Source of the DNA: a bacterium
Lineage (GTDB): Bacteria; Sysuimicrobiota; Sysuimicrobiia; Sysuimicrobiales; Segetimicrobiaceae
NCBI GenBank assembly: GCA_035308905.1
Contig: DATGFS010000003.1
Location: forward strand, 418 to 64,417
Direction: 5' to 3'
Length of the DNA: 64,000 bases
The translations under genes were made by a program, and so were the position numbers. Positions 37,948 through 47,064 of this stretch are shown piece after piece. The notes below the pieces were generated by a model. It was not told the origin of the DNA. It did not search any database and saw only the letters and a list, made by a program, of their open reading frames with translations. Within the stretch, counting starts at the first letter, position 1; every line of letters starts with the position of its first letter.

Positions 37948-38769
37948 GTGTCGGCCGGCGACGTCCTCGGTCAGATCGCGCACGACGTCGGGGATCCCCG
38001 CGCCTGGGCCGCGGTGATCGAGCACGCCGTCGCGCTCCTGATCATCGCGTTCGCGGCCTGGGCGGTCGTGGCCGTGCTTACGTCGGCCATCCGGCGCGCG
38101 GGCCGGCGGCCCGGCCGGCCGGTCACGCTCGCGCCGCTCGCCGAGAGCGCCGTGCGGTACGCGGTCGGATTCGCGGCGCTCATGCTGATGCTGGAGGCCG
38201 TCCACGTCAACGTGACGGCGATCCTCGCGAGCGCCGGCATCGTCAGCCTGGCGTTCGGCTTCGGCGCGCAGTACGTGATTCGCGACGTGCTCGCCGGACT
38301 GTTCCTCCTGTCCGAGGGCCTCGTGCAGATCGGCGATCTCGTGCGCCTGGACGCCGACACCGGCACGGTCGAGCGGATCACGCTGCGCACAATGCAGATT
38401 CGCAAGTTCAACGGCGAGCTGCTGACCGTGCCGAACGGCGCCGTGACCCGGATCGGCAATCTGAGCCGCGGCTTCGGCCGGGCGATCGTGCAGGTCACGG
38501 TCCCCTATCGGGCGGACCTCGGCCGGGTGCTGGAAGTGCTGCGTGGCGTGGGCCGGGAGTGGGCGGCCGCCCATCCCGACGACGCCCGCGGCGCGCCCTC
38601 GGTCGACGGCGCGGTCGACATGAAGGACGCCGGGATCACGGTGCAGCTGTCCGTGCTGGTCCCGGCGGGCCGGCAGTGGGCGGCGGAGGCCGCGATGCGG
38701 CAGCGCGTGCTCGAAGTCCTCGCGGAACAGGGAATAAAAATGGACACACGCGTTTCTGTTACAATATGA
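37948..38769 (+). CDS. Mechanosensitive ion channel, MscS family
   Basis: TM helices followed by the MscS core ...AFGFGAQYVIRDVLAGLFLLSEGLVQIGDLVRLD...GTVERITLRTMQIRKFNGELLTVPNG.... Confidence 0.8.
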   Translation: MSAGDVLGQIAHDVGDPRAWAAVIEHAVALLIIAFAAWAVVAVLTSAIRRAGRRPGRPVTLAPLAESAVRYAVGFAALMLMLEAVHVNVTAILASAGIVSLAFGFGAQYVIRDVLAGLFLLSEGLVQIGDLVRLDADTGTVERITLRTMQIRKFNGELLTVPNGAVTRIGNLSRGFGRAIVQVTVPYRADLGRVLEVLRGVGREWAAAHPDDARGAPSVDGAVDMKDAGITVQLSVLVPAGRQWAAEAAMRQRVLEVLAEQGIKMDTRVSVTI

Positions 38770-38876
38770 CCGAGCCCTGAAACCGGGCACGGACGTTCGC
38801 GGCGGGACGGAGGGTACCGGCTCATCCCCTGAGCCGGTGGGGGACCCCCGATGCGGAAGGTTGTGGCGCATTCCCC

Positions 38877-40604
38877 GTGAGGCAAATGACGAAAGCCGAC
38901 GCGAACCTGGTCTTCACGCTCCACACGCATCTTCCGTTCGTGCTGAACCACGGCCGCTGGCCGCACGGCAGCGACTGGCTGTGCGAAGTCGCGGTCGAAT
39001 GCTACCTGCCGCTGCTCGCCGCGCTCCGGCGTCTGTCGGACCAGGACGTGCGCGCCGGGATCACGATCAACTTCTCCCCGGTCCTGAGCGAGCAGCTTGC
39101 AAGCGCGGCCTTCCGCGACGAGGTCGACGCGTTCCTGACGCACCGCCGCGAAGCGTGCGACAGCACCCGCCGGTACTTTCTCGACCAGCACGAGACGCAC
39201 CTCGCCGGACTGTGCGACTACTGGGCGGCGGAGTACAACCGGGCGCGGGCGGATCTCGATGCGCTGCACGGCGACATCCTCGGGGCGTACCGGCGCCTCG
39301 CCGAGCGCGGAACGGTCGAGCTGATCACGACCGGGGCGACGCACGGCTACATGCCGCTGCTCAGCCGCGACGAGAGCATCGATCTGCAGTTCCGGGTCGC
39401 GGTCGCGACGCACGTCCGGCACTTCGGGACGGCGCCGAAGGGGGCGTGGCTGCCGGAGTGCGCCTACCGGCCGCGGTACGAGTGGACGCCGCCGGTCGGC
39501 CCGCAGAGCGGCAAGGTCCGCTACCGCCGCCGCGGCGTCGAGGAGCTGCTGTCGGCCCACAACCTGGGCTTCTTCTTCACCGACATCCATCTGATCCGGG
39601 GCGGGCGCGCGCTCTCCGCGTACGGCGATTACTTCCCGCGCCTCAAGGCGGTGCAGGGGCCGGAGGCGCAGCTCACGCGGCGCGGCGACCAGACGCCCTA
39701 CGCCCCCCGCCACGTGGCCTCGCGCGGCGGCACCGGGGATGCCGTCGCATTCGTGCGCGATCCGGAGGCGACGCAGCAGGTCTGGAGCCGCGACGCCGGC
39801 TACCCCGGTGACGGCGAGTATCTCGAGTTTCACAAACGGCACTTCCCCGGCGGGCTCCGCCTGTGGCGCGTCACGGACCCGAAGGCGGACCTCGGGGACA
39901 AGCAGCCCTACCAGCCGGACCGGGCCGCGGAACGCGCCCGGGCCCACGCCGAGCACTTTGTGGGGCTCGTCGCCGGCATCCTGGATCGGCACGTCCGCCG
40001 GTCGGGCGGCCCGGCGGTCCTCTGCGCCCCGTTTGACACCGAGTTGTTCGGACACTGGTGGGCCGAAGGACCGGCGTGGCTCGAGCACGTGCTGCGCCTT
40101 GCCGCCGAGGGCCCGGTGACCTCGACGACCGTCTCAGCGTGCCTCGACCGGTTTCCCGTCCAGCCCGCGATCACGCTGCTCGAGGGGTCGTGGGGCGAGG
40201 GCGGCGACCACCGGGTCTGGCTGAACAAAGACACCGAGTGGACCTGGGAGATGGTCTACCAGGCGGAAGACGACCTGTGGGCGCTCGCCGCGGCGCCCGG
40301 ATGGCAGCGCAGCCCGCTGCTGCGGCGCCTCGTCGCTCAGATGGGACGGGAGCTGCTGCTGCTGCAGGCGTCGGACTGGCAGTTTCTCATCACGACGTGG
40401 GCCGCGCGCAACTACGCCGAGACGCGCTTCGCGGAGCACTGCGCGGACTTCCGGCGGCTGCACGAGATGGCCAAGCGCGTGCGCGACGGCGGGGCCTTGA
40501 CGTGGGACGAGGAACAGTTTCTCGCCACCAAGGAAGGACAGGACTTCTGCTTCCCGGACGTCGCGGAGCACATCGAGGCCGCCGCGGCGCTGCCGAAGGC
40601 CTAG
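38877..40604 (+). CDS. Glycoside hydrolase family 57 protein (branching-enzyme type; Rv3031-like)
   Basis: ANLVFTLHTHLPFVLNHGRWPHG... matches the GH57 N-terminal catalytic signature. 575 aa. Confidence 0.75.
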   Translation: MRQMTKADANLVFTLHTHLPFVLNHGRWPHGSDWLCEVAVECYLPLLAALRRLSDQDVRAGITINFSPVLSEQLASAAFRDEVDAFLTHRREACDSTRRYFLDQHETHLAGLCDYWAAEYNRARADLDALHGDILGAYRRLAERGTVELITTGATHGYMPLLSRDESIDLQFRVAVATHVRHFGTAPKGAWLPECAYRPRYEWTPPVGPQSGKVRYRRRGVEELLSAHNLGFFFTDIHLIRGGRALSAYGDYFPRLKAVQGPEAQLTRRGDQTPYAPRHVASRGGTGDAVAFVRDPEATQQVWSRDAGYPGDGEYLEFHKRHFPGGLRLWRVTDPKADLGDKQPYQPDRAAERARAHAEHFVGLVAGILDRHVRRSGGPAVLCAPFDTELFGHWWAEGPAWLEHVLRLAAEGPVTSTTVSACLDRFPVQPAITLLEGSWGEGGDHRVWLNKDTEWTWEMVYQAEDDLWALAAAPGWQRSPLLRRLVAQMGRELLLLQASDWQFLITTWAARNYAETRFAEHCADFRRLHEMAKRVRDGGALTWDEEQFLATKEGQDFCFPDVAEHIEAAAALPKA

Positions 40605-40605
40605 C

Positions 40606-41850
40606 GTGGCGGCCCGGTCGCGGATCCTCGGGCTGATTCTCGCCGGCGGACGGGGCGAACGTCTGCACCCGCTGACGAAGGACCGCAGCAAGCCGGCCGT
40701 GCCCTTCGGCAGCAAGTACCGGATCATCGACTTCGTGCTCAGCAACTTCATCAACTCGCACATCTATTCGCTGTACATCCTGGTCCAGTACAAGTCCCAG
40801 TCGCTGATCGACCACATCCGCCGCGGCTGGCGGCTCGGCGGCCTGGTCCCGGAGCAGTTCATCATCGCGGTGCCCCCGCAGATGCGCTGGGGCGATATGT
40901 GGTACCGGGGGACGGCCGACGCCGTGTTCCAGAACCTCAACCTGGTGCGCGACGTGGACCCCGATCTGGTCGCGATCTTCGGCGCCGACCACATCTACCG
41001 GATGGACCTGCAGCAGATGATCGACGCCCACCTCGCCCACCGCGCGGACGTCACGGTCGCGACGCTGCCGGTGCCGATCGAGCAGGCGACGGGCTTCGGC
41101 ATCGTGGAGACGGACGAGGAGGGCCGCGTGATCGGCTGGGAGGAAAAACCGGCCGCGCCCCGGCCGATGCCCTCCGATCCGCGCCAGGCGCTCTCGTCGA
41201 TGGGCAACTACATCTTCAACACCGACCTGCTCGAGGACGTGCTGGTGGAGGACGCCCGCCGCAGCACCGACCACGACTTCGGGCGGACGATCATTCCGGA
41301 ACTGTACCCCTACGCGCGCGTCTTCGCCTACAACTTCCTGGACAACGAGGTCCCCGGCCTCCGGCCGACGGAGGAGCGCGGGTACTGGCGGGACGTCGGG
41401 ACGATCGAAGCGTTCTGGCAGGCCAACATGGACCTGCTCGGCGCATCACCGGCCCTCGACCTCGACAACCCGCGGTGGCCGATCCTGGCCGCCCCGTTCG
41501 AGGGGCCGTCCGCCCGCATGGTCGCCGGCGACGTCACGGACGCGATTCTCGGCGAGGGGTCGGTCATCGCCGGCGGAACCGTCCGGCGCTCGATCCTCGG
41601 CCAGGGTGTGCTGGTGGAGCGCGGCGCCGTCGTCGAGGACAGCGTCATCATGGACAACACCGTCGTCGGCAGCGGTGCCCGCATCCGCCGCGCCATCGTC
41701 GATCGGTTCAACATGATCGAGTCGGAACGGACGATCGGCTGGGACCGCGCGCGGGATCTCGAGGCCGGGCTGCTCGACGTGCCGTCGGGGATCGCCGTCC
41801 TCCCGCGCGGCACGACGCGCGTCCGGGGAGCGGTGCCGGTCTCGCGTTGA
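40606..41850 (+). CDS. glgC: Glucose-1-phosphate adenylyltransferase
   Basis: RILGLILAGGRGERLHPLTKDRSKPAVPFGSKYRIIDFVLSNFINS is the canonical GlgC N-terminus. A left-handed beta-helix C-terminus is present. Confidence 0.9.
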   Translation: MAARSRILGLILAGGRGERLHPLTKDRSKPAVPFGSKYRIIDFVLSNFINSHIYSLYILVQYKSQSLIDHIRRGWRLGGLVPEQFIIAVPPQMRWGDMWYRGTADAVFQNLNLVRDVDPDLVAIFGADHIYRMDLQQMIDAHLAHRADVTVATLPVPIEQATGFGIVETDEEGRVIGWEEKPAAPRPMPSDPRQALSSMGNYIFNTDLLEDVLVEDARRSTDHDFGRTIIPELYPYARVFAYNFLDNEVPGLRPTEERGYWRDVGTIEAFWQANMDLLGASPALDLDNPRWPILAAPFEGPSARMVAGDVTDAILGEGSVIAGGTVRRSILGQGVLVERGAVVEDSVIMDNTVVGSGARIRRAIVDRFNMIESERTIGWDRARDLEAGLLDVPSGIAVLPRGTTRVRGAVPVSR

Positions 41851-41866
41851 CGCGCCGGGCCCCGTA

Positions 41867-44332
41867 ATGGCCGACCGTCCGCCTGCCGGACCCGCCGGCG
41901 GGCCCCCCACCCGTCGGATCTGCGTCCACGGGCACTTCTACCAGCCGCCGCGCGAGAACCCGTGGCTCGAGGCGGTCGAAGTCGAAGACTCCGCGCGGCC
42001 GTATCACGACTGGAACGCCCGCGTGACCGCGGAGTGCTACGCGCCGAACGGCGCCTCCCGCGTGCTGGACGCGGAGCGCCGGATCCTCCGGATCCGCAAC
42101 AACTACCGCCGCATGAGCTTCAACCTCGGCCCCACGCTCGCCGCGTGGTTGGAGCGCGGGGCCCCGGAGGCGTACGCGCGGATCGTGGACGCCGACCGCG
42201 CGGCGCTCGCCGAGCGCGGCGGCCACGGGAACGCGATCGCGCAGGTCTACAACCACATGATCCTGCCGCTCGCGACGCGCCGCGACAAGGAGACCCAGAT
42301 CCGCTGGGGGATCGCCGACTTCCGCCACCGCTTCGGCCGTCCCCCGGAAGGCATGTGGCTGCCGGAGACGGCGGTCGACACGGAGACGCTCGAGGTCCTC
42401 GCGCAGCACGGGATCGCCTTCACGATTCTGGCCCCCCACCAGGCGGCGCGCGTGCGCCCGCCGGACGGCGAGGGGGCCGACGTGAGCGGCGGGCGCATCG
42501 ATCCGCGGCGGCCGTACCGGTGTCCCTTGCCGAGCGGCGCGTCCATCGCGCTGTTCTTCTACGACGGGCCGGTCGCGCACGACGTCGCCTTCGGCGGCCT
42601 GCTCGACAGCGGCGACGCCTTCGCCGGGCGGCTGTTGGGCGCGTTCGCCGAGGACGACCCGCGGCCGCAGCTCGTGCACATCGCCACGGACGGCGAGTCC
42701 TACGGCCATCATCACCCGTTCGGGGAGATGGCGCTCACCTACGCTTTCGAGGTGATCGAATCGCGGGAGCAGGCGCGCCTCGCGAACTACGGCGAGGTCC
42801 TCGCGGATACGCCGCCCGAGCAGGAGGTGCAGATCGTCGAGCCCACGTCGTGGTCGTGCGCCCACGGCGTGGAGCGGTGGCGCGCGAACTGCGGCTGCCG
42901 CGCCGGCCATCCGGAGTGGTCGCAGGAGTGGCGGCGCGGGCTGCGCGAGGCGCTCGACTGGCTCCGCGACGGGCTCGCGCGGGTGTTCGAGGAGCACGGC
43001 CCCCGCTATCTGCGCGATCCCTGGGCGGCGCGCGACGGGTACATCGACGTGATCCTGGACCGGTCGTCCGACACGCTCGACGCGTTCTTCGCCGCGCACG
43101 GCCGCCCGGGCGCCGCGGAGGCCGACCGCGTGCCGGCGCTGCGCCTGCTCGAGATGCAGCGGCACGCGATGCTGATGTACACCTCCTGCGGCTGGTTCTT
43201 CGACGAGCTGTCGGGGATCGAGACGGTGCAGGTGATCAAGTACGCGGCGCGGGCGCTGCAGCTGGCCGAAGAGTTCGGGGAGCGGTTCGAGGACGAGTTC
43301 ACCCGCCGGCTCGGCGCGGCCAAGAGCAATCTGCGGCAGTGGCGCGACGGCACGACCGTCTACCGCCGGGCGGTGCGGCCCTCGTTCGTCACGCTGCCGC
43401 GGGTCGTCGCGCACTACGGCATCAGCTCGCTGTTCGAGACCTACGCGGAGACGGAAGAAGTCTTTTGCTTCACCGTCCGGCAGCGCGACGTCCGCCGCGA
43501 GAACGGCGGCGGCCACACGTTCGCGACCGGCCTCGTCACGGTCACCTCGCAGATCACCCGCGAGGAGTCGACCGCCGCCTACGCGGTGCTGCACCTCGGC
43601 GGGCACGACGTCCAATGCGGCGTTCGGGCGGAGGTGACGCCGGAGTGGTACGAGGCGATGAAGAACGGCGTGACCGGCGCCCTCGTCGAGCACGGCGCCA
43701 GCGCCGCCGTGCGCATGCTCGACGCGCAGTTCGGCGGGTCGCTGTACGGCCTGCGCGACCTGTTCAAGGAGGAGCGCCGCAAGGTCCTCGGCCTGCTGAT
43801 CGAGGAACGGCTCGGCCGGTTCGAGGGCGTGTATGACTCGTTGTACGAGGAGTCCCGGCCGCTCATCGCGGTCATGCGGGACTCCGACGTGCCGGTGCCG
43901 CCGGCGCTCCGGATGGCCGCGGAGGAGACGCTGACCCGCCGCATGATCGCGGAGCTGCGCGCCGCGGCCGCCGAGCCGCTGTCCGACCGCGCGTTCGAGA
44001 TCGCCGCCGAACTGGTGACGTTCGACCTCGTGGACCAGTGGACCGACGGCTCGATCCTGCTGCGCCGTGCGATCGAGGCCCGCGCCGAAGGCCTGCGCCG
44101 GCAGCCGCTGGGCCCCGACCTCGATCAGATCCACCGGCTCCTCGACCTCGCGGAGACCCTCGGCATCACGCTGAACCTGTGGCAGACCCAGAACGCCTAT
44201 CACACCGCGGCCAGAGCGCACATGAACGATCTCCGCGAGACGCACGACGCCTCGGACCGCGCCGGCCTCTTCTGGAAGCTCGGCGAGCGCCTGCACTTCA
44301 ACCTCGACGCGGTGCGGACTCCCCCCGGATAG
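41867..44332 (+). CDS. Large glycoside hydrolase family 57 protein (alpha-amylase/glucanotransferase-like)
   Basis: ICVHGHFYQPPRENPWLEAVE... (GH57 motif), 821 aa with a long C-terminal helical region. Confidence 0.75.
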   Translation: MADRPPAGPAGGPPTRRICVHGHFYQPPRENPWLEAVEVEDSARPYHDWNARVTAECYAPNGASRVLDAERRILRIRNNYRRMSFNLGPTLAAWLERGAPEAYARIVDADRAALAERGGHGNAIAQVYNHMILPLATRRDKETQIRWGIADFRHRFGRPPEGMWLPETAVDTETLEVLAQHGIAFTILAPHQAARVRPPDGEGADVSGGRIDPRRPYRCPLPSGASIALFFYDGPVAHDVAFGGLLDSGDAFAGRLLGAFAEDDPRPQLVHIATDGESYGHHHPFGEMALTYAFEVIESREQARLANYGEVLADTPPEQEVQIVEPTSWSCAHGVERWRANCGCRAGHPEWSQEWRRGLREALDWLRDGLARVFEEHGPRYLRDPWAARDGYIDVILDRSSDTLDAFFAAHGRPGAAEADRVPALRLLEMQRHAMLMYTSCGWFFDELSGIETVQVIKYAARALQLAEEFGERFEDEFTRRLGAAKSNLRQWRDGTTVYRRAVRPSFVTLPRVVAHYGISSLFETYAETEEVFCFTVRQRDVRRENGGGHTFATGLVTVTSQITREESTAAYAVLHLGGHDVQCGVRAEVTPEWYEAMKNGVTGALVEHGASAAVRMLDAQFGGSLYGLRDLFKEERRKVLGLLIEERLGRFEGVYDSLYEESRPLIAVMRDSDVPVPPALRMAAEETLTRRMIAELRAAAAEPLSDRAFEIAAELVTFDLVDQWTDGSILLRRAIEARAEGLRRQPLGPDLDQIHRLLDLAETLGITLNLWQTQNAYHTAARAHMNDLRETHDASDRAGLFWKLGERLHFNLDAVRTPPG

Positions 44333-44343
44333 ACCCGCGGGCG

Positions 44344-45234
44344 CTACACCGCGCTGAGCTTGTCCGGGTTGCCGATCGCCCAGATCGTCCGGACGCGCGC
44401 GCCGTCCACTTCGATGCTCACGACGACCACGGGCGTCCCGTCGGCGCGCCGCACGAGTAGCGTCGGCCGGCCGTTCACGTCGGCGACCGCGTAGCGCGCG
44501 TCGGCGGGCGCGAACCGCGCCGTGACGCCGATCAGGAACCGGGCCACGTTCGCCGGCCCGTGCACGGGCCGGAGCGCCGCGCCGGGGATCTTGCCCCCGC
44601 CGTCGGCCCACACCGTCACGTCGTCCGCGAGCATCGCCATCAGCCCGTCGAGATCGCCTGTTCGCGCCGCCCGCATGAACTGCTCGAGGAGGCGCCGGTG
44701 CTCCTCCGGACTCGCTTGAAACCGCGGCCGGTGCCGCGCGATGTGCTCGCGCGCCCGGCTGAACAATTTCCGGCAGGCCGGCTCCGAGCGCTCGAGGATC
44801 TGGGCGATCTCGTCGTACTCGTACTCGAAGACCTCCCGCAGCAGGAACACCGCGCGCTCCGCGGGCGTGAGCCGCTCGAGCAGCACGAGAAACGCGAGCG
44901 AGATCGTGTCGGCCTCGACCGCGCGGGCCTCCGGCCCGGCCAGTTCGGGATGCGCCGCGTCAAGCACGGGTTCCGGCAGCCATGGCCCCACGTAGGTCTC
45001 CCGTCTCACCCGCGCCGAGGCGAGGTGATTGAGGCACAGCCGGATCACGATCGCGGAGAGGTACGCCTTCGGCGACTCGATCGCGTCCAGCCGCGCCGGC
45101 TGAAACCGCAAATACGCGTCCTGCACGATGTCTTCGGCCTCCGCGGCGCTGCTCACCATCCGGTAGGCAAGGGAGAAGAGCAGCGGACGGTACTCTTGAA
45201 AGACCGCGGCGTGGCCGTCCTGCGCCGTGCTCAC
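44344..45234 (-). CDS. ECF-type RNA polymerase sigma-70 factor with C-terminal SnoaL-like extension (SigJ/ECF41-56-like)
   Basis: Sigma2 region ...YRPLLFSLAYRMVSSAAEAEDIVQDAYLRF...; sigma4 region ...LTPAERAVFLLREVFEYEYDEIAQILERSEPACRKLFSRAREHI.... About 120 aa of C-terminal extension. Probable GTG start at 45234, abutting the stop of the upstream ndh-like gene; the ORF-track start at 45312 would overlap that gene by 77 nt. Confidence 0.75.
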   Translation of the reverse strand: MSTAQDGHAAVFQEYRPLLFSLAYRMVSSAAEAEDIVQDAYLRFQPARLDAIESPKAYLSAIVIRLCLNHLASARVRRETYVGPWLPEPVLDAAHPELAGPEARAVEADTISLAFLVLLERLTPAERAVFLLREVFEYEYDEIAQILERSEPACRKLFSRAREHIARHRPRFQASPEEHRRLLEQFMRAARTGDLDGLMAMLADDVTVWADGGGKIPGAALRPVHGPANVARFLIGVTARFAPADARYAVADVNGRPTLLVRRADGTPVVVVSIEVDGARVRTIWAIGNPDKLSAV

Positions 45235-45235
45235 C

Positions 45236-46492
45236 CTATCGCTCCGCCGGAACCGTCGATTCCACGCGAACCGGCGTGTGCGCGGGGCGGGCCGGCGGCG
45301 CGACCGGGACATGCCGCATCTTCCGGCGGCCCGGCCACTCGAAGACCCACGGGACCGTGCGCTGCGCCTTGATCATGCCGAGCGCCACCCGCACGAAGAA
45401 CTCCCGCACGCTCACGGCCAGCCGGCCGGTGAGGATCGCACGGCGCGGCGTGTCGCGGCTGCCGTCGAGAAACTGCACGACGCCGTTGCGGCGGCCGAGG
45501 CTGATGCCGGCCGCGCCGTAGGACATGCCGAACGCCGTCGGCGGCGTCCCGCGGAGGTGCGCGGCCAAGGAGTCGGCGCCGTGGGCGCCCATCATCAGGG
45601 CCGTCACCACGGACATTCGCACCGGCGCGCCGGGCGCGTCCGCGGGCATCGCGGCGTCGCCGACCGCGTAGATCTCGGGGTGCGACAGCGACCGCATCGT
45701 GCGGTCGATCAGGACCTGGCCGAGGCCGTTGACCCGAAGCCCGGACCGGCGCGCGAGATCGGACACGCCGAACCCGCCGGTCAGGACGCAGGCGTCAAAC
45801 GGAAACCGGCGGCCGTCGTCCGCGACCGCCGCGTCCGCCCGCACCTCGGCGATCGCGGTGCGCTCCACCAGCTCGATGCCCAAGCCCGCGAGCGCGCCGC
45901 GGACGTAGGCGCGCGCCGCCTCGGAGAATCGCGGCAGGACCTCGCGGCGCGTCACGAGGACCACCCGCAGGCCCGGATGGGCGTCGGCCACCTCGGTGGC
46001 GAGTTCGACGCCCGTCGGCCCGCCCCCGACCACGAGGACCCGGCCCCCGCTCCGCGCAAGCTCCGGCAGCCGCGCCGACAGCGCCGCGACCGACGGGTGG
46101 TCGAGCGTGTAGGCATGCTCCCGGGCGCCGGGGATCCGGCCGGTCTGGCTCGTGCTGCCGAGCGCGTACACGAGATAATCGTAGGCGATCGACCGCTCGT
46201 CTGCCTCCCCGCCGGCGCCGCGCACCAGCACGCGGCGGCCCGCCGGATCGACGCCCGTCACGACGGCCTGCACCAGCCGGATACGGGTGCCCCGCACCAG
46301 GGCGGCCAGCGGATGCCGGCCGACGGATTCGCCGGCGGCCAGTTGATGGTTGCGGACGCGCTCGTAGAAGGCGTCGCCCGCGTTGACGAGCGTGATCGCG
46401 ACGTCGGGCCGGGTCTTCTTGGCCAGCCGCATCGCCGCCATGAGGCCGGCGTAGCCCGCGCCCAGCACGACGACGTGTGATGGCTGCTGCAT
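45236..46492 (-). CDS. FAD/NAD(P)-binding oxidoreductase, type II NADH dehydrogenase (Ndh)-like
   Basis: Start MQQPSHVVVLGAGYAGLMAAMRLAK (first Rossmann GxGxxG; ATG 46492 after GGAGGTG). Second dinucleotide motif VLVVGGGPTGVELA. The roughly 100-aa upstream extension in the ORF track is unlikely. Confidence 0.8.
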   Translation of the reverse strand: MQQPSHVVVLGAGYAGLMAAMRLAKKTRPDVAITLVNAGDAFYERVRNHQLAAGESVGRHPLAALVRGTRIRLVQAVVTGVDPAGRRVLVRGAGGEADERSIAYDYLVYALGSTSQTGRIPGAREHAYTLDHPSVAALSARLPELARSGGRVLVVGGGPTGVELATEVADAHPGLRVVLVTRREVLPRFSEAARAYVRGALAGLGIELVERTAIAEVRADAAVADDGRRFPFDACVLTGGFGVSDLARRSGLRVNGLGQVLIDRTMRSLSHPEIYAVGDAAMPADAPGAPVRMSVVTALMMGAHGADSLAAHLRGTPPTAFGMSYGAAGISLGRRNGVVQFLDGSRDTPRRAILTGRLAVSVREFFVRVALGMIKAQRTVPWVFEWPGRRKMRHVPVAPPARPAHTPVRVESTVPAER

Positions 46493-46560
46493 ACTGCACC
46501 TCCATGTCCGGATCTCAACTATGAGACCGGGGAGGCGCCGGTTTTGTGACGCGCCGGCCG

Positions 46561-46971
46561 CTAGATCGACGGGCGGAACGAGTGGTGCGGGACCAGGAGC
46601 GAGAGGATCATTCCGACCAGGAGGAGCGCGGCGATCACCATCGTCCACACGACCGCGGCGCGCGTCCACGCGCGCTGGCAGGCGAGAAAGTCGTCGAAGT
46701 CGCGCCAGCGCCGGCTCTGCCAGGCGATCCGCTTGCCGTACATGCCGTAGACGATCCACGAGGCCGGCCAAAACACCGCGATGAGAATGAGCGCGAGCAG
46801 CGCGTGGCCCCACGCCCGCATCGCCAGCAGGTAGATCCAGTTGAAGAACGCCGCGCCGTAGGAGGGCGACTCAATGACCTGGCGGCGCTGCGCCTCGTCG
46901 GGCGTCCCGGCGGCGCCGATCGGTCCGCCCGCGACCGCGGGGCCGCCTCCGGCCTGTGGTATCTCCGTCAT
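46561..46971 (-). CDS. Small integral membrane protein, function unknown
   Basis: Gly/Ala-rich N-terminus followed by two predicted TM helices (FFNWIYLLAMRAWGHALLALILIAVFW; VVWTMVIAALLLVGMILSLLV). Confidence 0.5.
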   Translation of the reverse strand: MTEIPQAGGGPAVAGGPIGAAGTPDEAQRRQVIESPSYGAAFFNWIYLLAMRAWGHALLALILIAVFWPASWIVYGMYGKRIAWQSRRWRDFDDFLACQRAWTRAAVVWTMVIAALLLVGMILSLLVPHHSFRPSI

Positions 46972-47064
46972 GACCGAGCCATGTTAGATGGGCGGCACGG
47001 GGCCCCCTGCCCGGCGCGGGGCCGCCTCCCGGGCCGGACGTCCTTGACGCGGCACAGCCCCGGG

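Noticed and set aside
46493-46560. GC-rich segment gcgccggttttgtgacgcgccggc downstream of the ndh-like start region, considered as a hairpin or terminator
   Set aside because: Arms are not properly complementary and it lies upstream, not downstream, of the minus-strand gene. Not supported.
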